Assembly (NCBI GenBank): GCA_965202665.1
Contig: OZ241841.1
Location: 2,400,001-2,464,000 of the forward strand
DNA length: 64,000 bases
Direction: 5' to 3'
From: Candidatus Spongiisociaceae bacterium
GTDB taxonomy: Bacteria; Actinomycetota; Acidimicrobiia; Spongiisociales; Spongiisociaceae
In this document: positions 1 through 12,000 of the stretch, one piece after another
Layout of the letters: each line of letters opens with the position of its first letter
Numbering within the stretch: the stretch's first letter is position 1
Notes under the pieces: model-generated
What the model was told of the DNA's origin: nothing
Database searches by the model: none
The model's input: only the letters and a program-made list of their open reading frames with translations
Position numbers and translations under genes: made by a program

Positions 1-2
1 TG

Positions 3-3000
3 GTCGGGACGGAGTTTCGGATCGTGGACGACGAAAGCGCCCCCACCGAGGTGGAATGGACACTCAACCCGACTTCGGTGGAGGAAAGCGCGGGCGAGAT
101 AGGGGTGGAGGTGACCGCTTCTTTGGCCGACGGCGGGGTGCGGAGCGATGACACGGCGGTTTCCTTCTCGGTGGGGAAGAGCACAGATTCGGCGGTCGCC
201 GGAACGGACTATCAGGTGGTGGCCGACTTTACGGCCGTCATCCCGGCCGGGACGAACCGGGCCTCGGCCGCTTTCAGCCTGTCCGGCACCGCCGACCTTT
301 TGGACGAACCCGCCGAATCCTTGACCGTGTCCGTCTCCGTCCCCGCCGGGTTGACGGCGGACGCCGACCAACGCACCCTGGCCCTCACCGACGCCGACGA
401 CACCCCGCAACGGCTGGTGTTGACCGTCGACGCCGACCCGGACACCACGGGGACGCAGAGCACCCTGGCGGAAAACGCCGGAACCCGCCGGGTAACCGTA
501 ACGGCCGCCTTCCCGGCGGGCGCGCAGGTTTCTTCCCAAACCCGGACGGTGGCGACGGCGACCATCGGCGGCCAGGCGGGCCTGCGCAGCACCGCCACCA
601 GGGGGGAGGATTTCACGGCCGCGTCGCAGGTCAGAATCGTCATTCCCCCCGGCAGCCGCCGCGGATCCGCCTCCTTCGACCTGGAGGTGATAGACGATTC
701 GGTGACCAGCGAAGGCAATGAGACGATCAGCGTGGTGGGAACCATCACCGAAGGCCCCGCATTCCCGTTCGACAACACTTCCCTCACCATCACCGACAAC
801 GATTCCGGGATCGTCCTCAGCATCACCCCCGATCAGGGATCCGAGGGCTCATCGGCCGTTAGCGCCACCGTTACCGCCGCTTTTGAAGCCGGAACCACCC
901 CGCCCGCCGTCCCCACCCAGGTTACGGTAACGGTCGGGTCCCCCGGCGATTCGGCCGTCCGCCGCCCGGCCGACGATCCGGCCACCACCGACGTGGACGA
1001 GTCGCAGGCCGGGGATTTTTCCGCCCCCGCCACTTTGACCATTGTCATCCCGGCCAACACCCGCTCCGCTACCGCCCCCTTGGCCTTTCAGCTGCGCGAC
1101 GACTTGGACGTGGAACAGGCCGAAACCATTTCCCTCACCGGGACGGCTGCCGGGCACGCCGTTTCCCCAACCGTCTTCACCATCGAGGCCAGCGACCCGT
1201 ATCCCACTTCGGTCATTCTGCGCCTGAACGTGGACACCACCCACGAGCCGGTCGCCGGCGTCCGCACTTTCACCACTTCCCTCATCGCCGCTTTCCCGGA
1301 CGGTTCGCCCCCCCTGACCCGGGACCTGCTGGTAAACGCCTCGGTGGTGACCGTAACGGAGGACACCGCCTCCTACCGTTCCGACTTCCAACCCCGGGAC
1401 AACCTGGCCTTGACCATCCCGGCCGGTTCCACCAGTGCTTCCGCGGATTTCAGCCTGGTCATTCTCGGCGACGAGGAGACGGAAGGGGCTGAGACGTTGA
1501 CCATCTCCGGCCGGGCGGCCGGGTTGGCCGTCGTTCCCGCCCGGTTGACCATAACCGATCCGTTGACCATTCCCGATTCGGCCGTCCTGCGGGTGAGCCC
1601 GGACGAGGTTTCCGAAAACGCCGCCGACCACACGCAGGTCATCACCGTCAGCGCCGAACTCAGCGCAGGGGTGATGGCCCCCGCCGGGGGTGTCACCATC
1701 GTCGTGACCGTGGCGGGCGGAACCGAAGCCGGGCAGGCCGAAGAGGGGGCGGCCAAGGATTTCACCGCCACCGCCCCCGCAAACATTTCCATATCGGCCG
1801 GCCAATCCACCGGATCGACTACTTTCCGCCTGACCGTCAAACCCGACGACATAGCCGAAGGCGACGAGACGATCTCCGTTTCCGGAGTCCTGTCCGGGCT
1901 GGCCGCCACCGGGGTTTCCGACACGACGGTGATCATCCCCGGCAACGACGGGACCATCCCCGACCTGAACCGGGCCCATTGCGGGAACGGAACCTATGTG
2001 GGAAACCCCGGCGGCAACTCCGGGCTGGTGTCCGATTGCCAGACCTTGGTGGACATCCGCAACCACTGGATGGACAATCCCGACAACGCCGACCTGCCCG
2101 CTGATCATCCGCTGCGCACTTGGGGCGGCCGCATTGAAACCTGGGCCGGGTTGTCGTTTGAGCGACTCCGGATAGGTCACAACCATCGGAGACGGGTTAC
2201 GAAACTGGAGCTGGGCGGTTCCGTCGGCTCCCGCATCCGGGGAACTCTTCCCTCCGAGGTGCATTCCCTAGAGGGACTCACGCATCTGGTTCTGAAAGAC
2301 AACCAACTGATAGGCCACATTCCATCACAGTTGGGTTCTATGAATTTCCTGGAAGTTTTGGATCTGCGCAACAACCAACTGTCGGGCGCCATTCCGGCTA
2401 GCATCACTTCCCTCCCCGGTGGCAGCTATAGATTTGATTTGCAGGAGTTGCGTCTGCAAAACAACCGGCTGTCAGGTTCCGTCCCTGCTTGGAGTTCGAC
2501 CGCCGACAACTATTCTTTGCGACATGTGGATCTGAGCGGAAATGAACTGACCGGTTCAATGGCCGGCTTCGAACATCTGACCGGACTCAGCTATCTGGAT
2601 TTGAGCCAGAACCGGCTGTCGGGAGCGATTCCAGCCGATTTCGTGACGCGGGGAAGCGGGGCTCTTAACACCCTGCGCCTGAACGACAACAACCTGTCGG
2701 GCTCCATTCCCAACTTGTCCCGGTTGCCGGATCTGAAAACTGTCGATTTGAGCGGAAACCGGTTGTCGGGCTCTTTAACCGGCTTGCGCCACGATCATCT
2801 AACAGACCTAAATGTGAGCGACAACCAGTTCAGCGGCTCCCTTCCCAACCTGCCTTCGTTGCCCTTTTTGGAGAGGCTGGATTTGAGCGGAAACAGGTTC
2901 ACCGGTTTGCTTTCCGCTTGGAGCGTGACCCAGGCGCCCCGATTGAACACTTTGGATCTGAGCGACAACCAGCTGTCGGGGACGATCCCCTCCTGGATCG

Positions 3001-6000
3001 GCAGGGCCGGCAACCTGGTCAGCGTGGACTTGGGGAACAACAACCTGTCGGGCCCCATTCCCCCCTGGCTGACTTCCCGCACCAGAATAAGCAGACTTGT
3101 TTTGTCCGGCAACCAGTTGACCGGTTTAATCCCCGATTCGGTGGGGAACATGACCAGTTTGACGGAGCTGGATTTACACGACAACCGCTTCAGAGGCCCG
3201 GTGCCTTCCTCGCTGGGAAGACTTCGCAACCTGGTGGGACTCTATTTGGATGACAACCAGCTAACCGGCCCCATCCCCGATGAAATAGGAGCGCTGGCTT
3301 TCTCACCTGGTTCCACCGGGCGGTTGCGCCGGTTCAGCTTCTGCGGAAACAACCTCACCGGGTTTTTACCGGGCGGTTTGCGCAACCCGTGGGTGCATTT
3401 AGAGGATTCCCCATCCGACTCCGGGTTCGCCTACGGCCCGTTCGCCAACTGGTTCGCCCCGGTTTCGGACTGCCGCCGGGCGGTGGAGTTAAGCGTGGAC
3501 CGCTCCGTATCCGAATGGGCTGCCCGCTCCGTGGAAGTTACGGCCACTCTGGCCGGGTTCGGCGGGAGCATCGGGCGCCCCATGCCCGACGAGGACACGG
3601 AGGTGACCGTTTCAGTGGAGGACGGAACCGCCTTCGCCCCCGGCGACTACGCGGTGGTGAATCCGTTCAAAATAACCATTCCCGTCGGTGAAACCTCCGC
3701 TAACGGCTCTTTTACCCTAACCCCCGTCAATGACAGTAGCGACTTCGAGGGGGACGAAACCGTGCGCGTCGACGGCGCTGGCGAGACCATTTCGGTTACG
3801 GGAACCGACCTCGCCATCATCGACGCCCGGCGCGCTATCGACGGAATCATTGTGACAGCCAGCCCGTCGGTGATCCCAGAAGGGGAGACCACCCGCGTAA
3901 CTATCACCGCTTCCATACCGGACCACGCTGCCCCCGAAACCAACACTCAAATTAGGTTTCGGTATTTGAGGACGGTGGACGGGACGGCGACGAAGGGGAC
4001 CGATTTCACCGATAACATCAGCGGCGAATTTCGTATTAGCCCAAATCAACGGTCAGGTAGCCGTGATTTCAACATATCCGCCACCGAGAACACAACGGCG
4101 GAAGCGGATAAGACTTTCTACGTATATGTGACTCCTTACTTAAACCGGGATGTAGTGAGGTTCAGAAATAGGATTATGTACGCCACGGTTACCATCGCCA
4201 ATAACGATATCCTTCCGGCCTTAGATTCGGCTATCTGTAACAACTCGGCCGTGGTGCCGGCTGGCAATTCCGCCCTGGCGAGACAATGCCGGGCCTTGGT
4301 GGCCATCCGCAATCACTGGACCAACCGGCTGGACAACGCAGGCCTTCCCGCCACCCATCCGTTGCTCGATTGGAACGGGTCCTCATCCATTGAGACTTGG
4401 CCGGGGGTGACCGTGTCCATTCCCTCCGGGGGGAGTAGCAAACGGGTCACCGGTTTGGACTTGTCCGCCGACTCCGACCCCAATACCGCTGACCGCATCT
4501 CCGGAGCCATCCCATCTTTCGGCTGGCTGTCCGACCTGACCTCCCTGGACTTGTCCGGCAACTTGCTGACCGGCTCCATCCCGGCCGTCTCTTTGCCGAG
4601 TACCCTCACCTCTCTGGATTTGTCCGGCAACCAGTTGAGCGGCTCCATCCCGGACCGTCTGCGCCGCCTGACCGCCTTGACGTCTTTGGATTTGTCCGAC
4701 AACCAGCTGACGGGGTCCATTCCGACCGGGATAGGCGCTTTGACTGCTCTGACGTCTTTGGATTTGTCTGACAACCAGCTGACGGGGGGCATTCCGACTG
4801 GGTTGGGTGCTTTGACTGCTTTGACTTCTTTGGACATGTCCGACAACCGGTTGAGCGGGGGCATTCCGCGCGCTTTAGGCGCTTTGACTGCCTTGATCTA
4901 TTTCGATTTGTCCGACAATCTGCTGACCGGGGACATCCCACAGGAGTTGGGCCGTTTGAACAAACTGACCACCTTCAGTTTCTGCAACAACGCTTTGACC
5001 GGCCCTCTGCCCCAATCCCTGCGAACCGGGGTCACCATACCCGATTTCACGAACACGTACACCAGGGTGCAATCCTGCGCCAGCGTCATCTACATTACGG
5101 CGTCCCCGGATACCGCGACCGAGGGGGATAGCCGGCTCTTGCGGGTGACCGCCGAACTCCCCCCGGGGAGAACCGCCCCCGCTGGAGGCCTGGCGGTGAA
5201 CGTAAGTACCATCTCCGGAACCGCCGCCTCCGAGATCGATTTCACCCCCGTCTCCACGGTGATCACCATCCCGGAGGGGGAAACAGAGAAGACCGACCGC
5301 CTCCTCCTATCTGTGACCGATGATTCAGTGAACGAACCGGCCGAGAACCTGTTCGTCGTCGGCTCCTCGCCCGGCTACCGAAACGGAGTGGATACGGTGA
5401 CCATAGCCGCCAGCGACCGAACGCCCGCCACCAACGTGGAGTGGAGTTTGAGCCGCACTACGGTGACGGAAGGGACCTCCGACATCACCTATGAAATGAC
5501 CTTGGTCGTTTCCATCCCCGACGACCAGAGCTCGTTCACCACCGCCCAACGGATATACCCGCTCTTCGGGGCCTCCGGGTCGGGAAGCACCGCCGCCAGC
5601 CCGGCGGATTACGCGGCGGTAACCGATTTCACCGGCGACCACATTATCCTGCCCGCCGGACAACGGCAGGTAACCCGCACCTTCTCCCTCACGGTCAAGT
5701 CCGACACCCTGGTGGAAGGCGATGAGACCATCAAAGTAACCGCCGAGGCCGGCACCGGCCGGTTGGTGCCAACCCCGCTAACCATCACCGTCGCCGACCA
5801 GGACGCGGTGGCGACCGTGCAGGTGGACACCGACGGCGGCACCACCGGCGATCAGACGACGGCGGCAGAAAGATCCTCCCCCCATTCCGTTTCCGTAACC
5901 ATCTCCCTGCCCTCCGGCGCCACCAACTCCCTGGGCCGGGACCTGGTCATCCCACTCACCGTCATGCCCGGAACCGCCTCCTCCTCCGACTTCACCGCCG

Positions 6001-9000
6001 CTTCCCCCGGTTCCGCAACCATAACCCGCGGAACCACCACTTCTTCCCCGGTCACTTTCAACCTGACCGTGGCCCAAGACGCCGCCAACCTAAGGGAGCT
6101 GTCGGAGACGATATCAGTGTCCGGCTCTGCAACCGGATTTACCTTCAATCCGGCCGAAATCACTATCCCCCCCGATAACAAGCTGGCCATAATTCCCCTC
6201 TCAGTGGAAGCGGAGAACGCCAACAACGGCAACCCCCGCATCAGGTACGGCCCGGCGCGAACGGCTACTGGTTCCTCGGCAACTGATGATCATAGAGGCG
6301 CCTATTTTGGGATACGCATCAATTGGCCAGCCGGCGGAAGTCATAGAGGTGGATCGCAAACTACGCACCAGCATATTCCCTACGGGCAGTCGCGAGCTTC
6401 CGCAACTAACGTTATTACACTCTCCGGCTACGACGATCAAGTTGTCAACACTACCCCCCCTCGCTACGTCACAATCGACCACACTGTACATATGAGAGGT
6501 TGGCTATTTGCGGCCACCCGGGCTCTGATCGTAGACGATGAGTGGGATCGGCGGCCGACGGGCATCGACCTGACCGCGGACATGTCAACGGTGAACGAGC
6601 GGGCGGGGGCCACCCCGGTCACGATTACCGCCTCTTTCACCAACGCCGCCGGCAATCCGGCCCCCTTGGATACGTACGTGGACATTCCGCTGTCGGCGCA
6701 GTCCGGTTCCGCCATCGCCGGCTCCGACTTCCGTTTGACGGACGCCGCAGGCGGCCCGGTCCCCTTCGATTTCACCCTGCGGATTCCGGCCCGTCAAACC
6801 AGCGGCTCGGCCACCATCTACCTGGCCCCCGTCGCCGACGACACGCGGGAGATGGAAGAAGGTTTGTGGGTGGGGGCCCGCAGCGTCCCCAGCCCCAACG
6901 GCTTCACGTTCGGCAACGGGGTGGATCCGGTGCGCATCGCCATCCTCGATCAGACCGGCATCGTCCTGCGCGCCCTCCCCGACTCTCTAACGGAAGGCCC
7001 CGCCTCGTCCGCCATCTCGATCATCGCTTCCCTCCCGGACGGCTTCCCGACGCTCGACGAAAACCTTGTCATCCGCAACGTGCGTTTGCGGCCCGGCACC
7101 GCTTCCGCCGCCGATTTCACCGCCTCCCCGACGGGGGGAACCACCCTGACCATCCCAGCCGGGAGCACCACCACCTCCCTCCTGTCGTACAGGGTGATGG
7201 TGACCGACGACGACCTCGTGGAAGGCCCGGAAACGATCCTGCTGCAAGGCGACATCGGCCCCGAATACACGGCGCAAGGGGTTCTGACCATCAACGACGA
7301 AACCGGGGAAGCCCCGGTTACCGGCGTCAAGTTGGAGTTCGCGCCGAATCCGATCGGGGAGGGAGCCGCCGCGCAACAGGTGCAGGTAGTCGCCCGGCTG
7401 GGGACATGGATTCCCGCCCCCACCTCTCACACCTACACCGACGCGCAGGGCGACGAGGCGAGCGCCACCTGCCAGCAGGACGAGTTCGGCGTGACCCGTT
7501 GCGAATATCCCACCCCCTCGGGTTCGGGCACGACATTGGTGATTTACCGGCCCCGATTTACCCCCGTCGCCACCGCCGCCCCCACCTCTCACACCTACAC
7601 CAACCGCGCCGGGAACCGGGTGACCATTTCTTGTCCGCACGACGAGTTCGGCGTGGCCCGTTGCTCGCACCCCGATCCCACCGACCCGGACCAAGAAAGA
7701 ATGGTGTCGGTGGTGTACCGCCCGCAGTTCCGGTCCGTGGCCCTACCGCCCACCTCTCACACTTACACCAACCGCGCCGGGAACCGGGTAACCATTCCTT
7801 GTCCGCATGATGAGTCCGGAGTGGCCCGTTGCTCCTATTCCTATGTCGACTCCTCCGACCCGGACATGCCGCAGACGGTGGTGGTGCAGGTGGTTTACCG
7901 TCCAGACCCCGTGTCCGCGGCGCGGGCGGTGGACACGGTGGTGACCGCCTCGCTGGAAAGCGTCGCCGCCCGAACCGGCGTGGTTCCGGCCGCGCTGGGA
8001 ACCGACTTCACGGCGGCGCCCCCCATTCGGGTGGTTATCCCGGCGGGGGAGACGGAGCGAAGGGTTTCTTTCCATCTGGATGTCAAAGACGACGGGGTGG
8101 CGGAGCCGGAGGAAACCTTCAAGTTGACCGGGAGGGCGGACGGGATGACCATCTTCGCGGAGCCGGTGGCCATCACCGGAGATTTGCGAAAGCCGCCGAT
8201 TTCTTTGCGAGTCGTTCCCGGTTCGGTGAGCGAGGAGACGGGAACGGCCCTGATCCGGGTGACCGCCTCGGTGGACGACATTGTGCGGGATGTGTCGTCT
8301 TGCGTTCGCAGGGTAACCAACGACAGGGGAACCCCCGGCGACCCCAGCGATGATATCCAGGAATGCGTTGAGTTTGACACCAGGCAGGTTTCTTCCCCCG
8401 GTTTGCTTTCCTCCGTAGATCTTCCCATCAGGGTGTCGGTGGGGGAGGCCGGCGACACGGCAACCGAAGGAACCGATTACACGGCGGTGCCCGATTTCAC
8501 GCTGGTCCTCCCCGCTGGCCGCCGTTCCGCCTCCGCCGTCTTCAAAATCGCCGTTGCTTCCGACCGGCTGGACGAACCGGCGGAGACGATAACCATCGCC
8601 GGTTCGGATCCTTCGGTGGGGTCGTCCCCCTCTCATATCCCCCTGTCCGTTTCCAGCGGACTGTTGACCATCACCGACTCCGACGCTTCCCCGGTGGTGG
8701 AGTTGGAGTTGGACGAGGCGACGGTCGCCGAAGGGTCGGGAACCACCGAGGTGGCCTTCACCGTTTCTTTGGTGGACGGTTTGCGCTCCGCCGCGCCCTT
8801 GACGGTGGCGTTGGGCGTAGCCGGGGCGGATGAGGGGGCCTGCGAAACCGACGACGACGCGGGGCGGGTTAACTGCCCGTCGCAACCGGGGAAAGCCCGG
8901 GCCGGCGCCGACTTTACGGCAGTGCCCAATTTCAACGTAACCATCCCCGCCGGCCAAAGCGCCGCCCGGGGCAAATTCAATTTCACGGTGACCGACGATC

Positions 9001-12000
9001 GGCTGGTGGAAGGGGAGGAGCGGTTGACGGTCACCGCCCGGCTGGGCGACGCTTCGGCCACCGGCCGGCTGTCCATCGCCGACGACGACGCCGCCCCCTC
9101 CGATTTGCGTCTAAGCCTGGTTCCGGCTTTCACCACCCGCGACGGACCCGAGGTTCCGATGAGAGAAGGGGGCCTGGCCCGTTCCTATTTGATTTCAGCC
9201 GCCGTACCCCCGGGTCAGGGTTTGCTGTCCTCCCCTTCCACGGTGACCCTGTCGGTGGGGGGCGGAACCGCTTCTTCCAATGACTATTCGGTTTCCATGT
9301 TGCCGGACAACACGGTTCTGGTTCCGGCTGGTCCGGTTACCAATTTGGGGCCGGGGGCGCAACCGGCGGACCTGCAGGTGCTGTTGGTGGTCACCCCCCT
9401 ATCCGACCGGGCGGTGGAAGGCCTGGAGTCGCTGGTGGTTTCCGGGACGGCCACCGGCGGCCTGAACGTGGCCCCGGTGACGCTGGCCATCAACGACGCC
9501 GCCGGGTCCACCCCGGATCGGATCAGCCTGACTTTGGACCGGAGCGAAGTGGAGGAGGGGGCGGGGACGGTGCGCCTGGGGGTTACCGCCCGCATGTTCT
9601 GCCAGTCGGGGGCATGTTCGGTGTTGGCGGAGGACAGAACGGTCAACCTGGAATTGTCGGAGTCGTTGAGCACGGCCGCGGCGGACGACGATTTCGTTTT
9701 GGGATCCGGTTCGGTGACCATCCCCGCCGGTTCCTACAGTGGTTCCGCCCAGCTGGAGTTGCGGGTGTTGGACGATCGGCTGGTGGAAGGCAACGAGTCG
9801 GTGGCGGTGGGGGGTTCCGCTTTCGGTTTTCAGGTGAACGCGGCCACCGTGTTGATAACCGACGACGAACCGGCGGCCGGGGAGTTGGATTTGCGTTTCA
9901 ACCGGGGGACGGTGGGCGAAGGGGACGGCCGGGCGCCGTTGGTGCTGACCGCCGGATGGCCGGCCGGTTTGAGCGTGACATCCGACACGGAGGTGTCGGT
10001 GGTGCTGGGCGCCGGTTCGGCGGCGGCCGGGATCGATTACGAGTTGCTGGATCGGGAAAGGTTCGTCTTGACGATTCCGGCGGGCCGTTCCAGCGTGTCG
10101 GCGGCGGCGGGCATGTTGCGGTTGGTGGACGACCGGGTGGCGGAAGGGTTGGAAACCTTTGAGGCCTTCGGGTTCGCGCGGTCGGTGGACGCCGCCGTTC
10201 CGGTGCGCTACAAGGTCAATTCGGCGGTGTTGCGCATCGCCGACGACGACCCGGCGGCGGTGAAACTGACCGTAGACGAAAACTACGTTTTGGAGGGCCG
10301 GCGCGGGGATATGACTCCTTCTCCGGCGGAGGAGGCGGTTCCGATAACGGTTACCGCTTCTTTGACGGGGGACGTCGCCGGCGGCACCGTGGTGCGGGAC
10401 CGGGACACGTTGGTGCGGGTGGCGGTGGGGGACGGCGCCGACCGGGCCGTCTCAGGGGCGGACTACGTAGTTTCCGATGGTTTGCGCAACGGCGTCTTGC
10501 CTATTGTCATCCCAGCCGGGGAAAATTCCGCCTCCGCCGCCTTCCGCATGCGGGTGATCGACGACAACGTGGCGGGCGAGACCGACTGGTCGGCCGTTTC
10601 CCGCCCCGGCGGTTTGACGACGGTGGACGTTTCCCGCACCGAGTCGGTTTCCATCACCGGGGCGGTGGCTAAAGGTAGGGGAACCGATTTCTCCATCGCC
10701 GTGACGGGGACGGAAGTGGAAATCTGGGATCTGAACGATCGTTCCCCGACCGCGGTGGACTTGGCCGTGTCGCCGGTGCGGGTGACGGAAGGCGACGCCC
10801 GGCACACCGCCCGGCTGACGATCACCGCCTCTTTGAGGGCTCCGCCGATCGCGCAACCTTCGCTGGTCTGCCTGCAACGCAGTTCCCAAGGAGCGTGCCT
10901 GCGCAGTTACGCCCCGGTTGTCCCCAAACAGCCGCCGTCGATGGTGTTGGCGGAGGATCTGACGGTTCCCATCAGCTTGTCGGCTGATACGGATTCGGAA
11001 GGGAACCCGTCGCTGGGATGGGCGACTTCGGGGACGGATTACGGAACGCCGGTGCAGGTTTCCCCCCGGCCCGCTACCGGGCAGAGCGGGGTGACGGTGG
11101 TCATCCCGGCGGGCAAGTTGAGCGGGTCGACGGTGGTTGATTTGCCGATCATCGGCGACATTTTGACCGAATCCAATGTTCTGTTCGGACCGTCGGGCAA
11201 GGAGCTGTTGCGGGTGGGGGCCAACTTGGAGGGTCGGACCGCGGAGGGGGACGACTCTGAGACCAACCAGGAACTCATCCTCCATCCCCATCTGGAAGGT
11301 TGGACGGTGGAAGGGGCCATCTTTGAAATCACCGACGACGACCCGGCCTCCCTGCAACTGGAGCTGGACAAAACCAGATTAGAGGAGAACGCCGGGTCGC
11401 AGTCGGTGCGAGTGACCGCCCGGGTGGTCGCGCCGGACGGTTCCGCCGGCGCCTTCCCGGAGGACATTCCGTTGGTGTTGCAATGGGCGAACTTCCACCA
11501 GAATGAAGGGGATGAATCCCGCTTGTCGGCTACCGGCCTGGCTAAAGAAGATCACGACTTCCGACTGCAGGGGACTGCGCAGTTGGAGGACGACGAACCG
11601 GTAACCATATCGGGCCCTAATCTCCGCGCGACGGTGAATAGGTCGCAGGTGACGGAGGGTTCAGAGGTAGATGTTCTGTTGAATTTGCGTTTCCAGTCGA
11701 TACTCGGTGACGGTGGCGCGAATGTTACGGTGTCGGTGGGGGTGGCGGGGGATTCGGCTGTGGCGGGGACGGATTATGAGTTGGTTTCGGCGCATTTTCA
11801 GAGTCCATTGACGATCACCAACGGACGGTTTAGCGTTCACGCTCGGAAGGGTACCATCGGTGCGAACATTACTTTGCGATTTAGGGTGACCGACGACGCG
11901 ATGCATGAGGGGGCGGAGGTTATTACCATCGGTACCGATCGGGGGGCCTCGACGCAGTTGGTTATTCCGGCCAACGACATCCCACCCCCCGCGGATCGCA

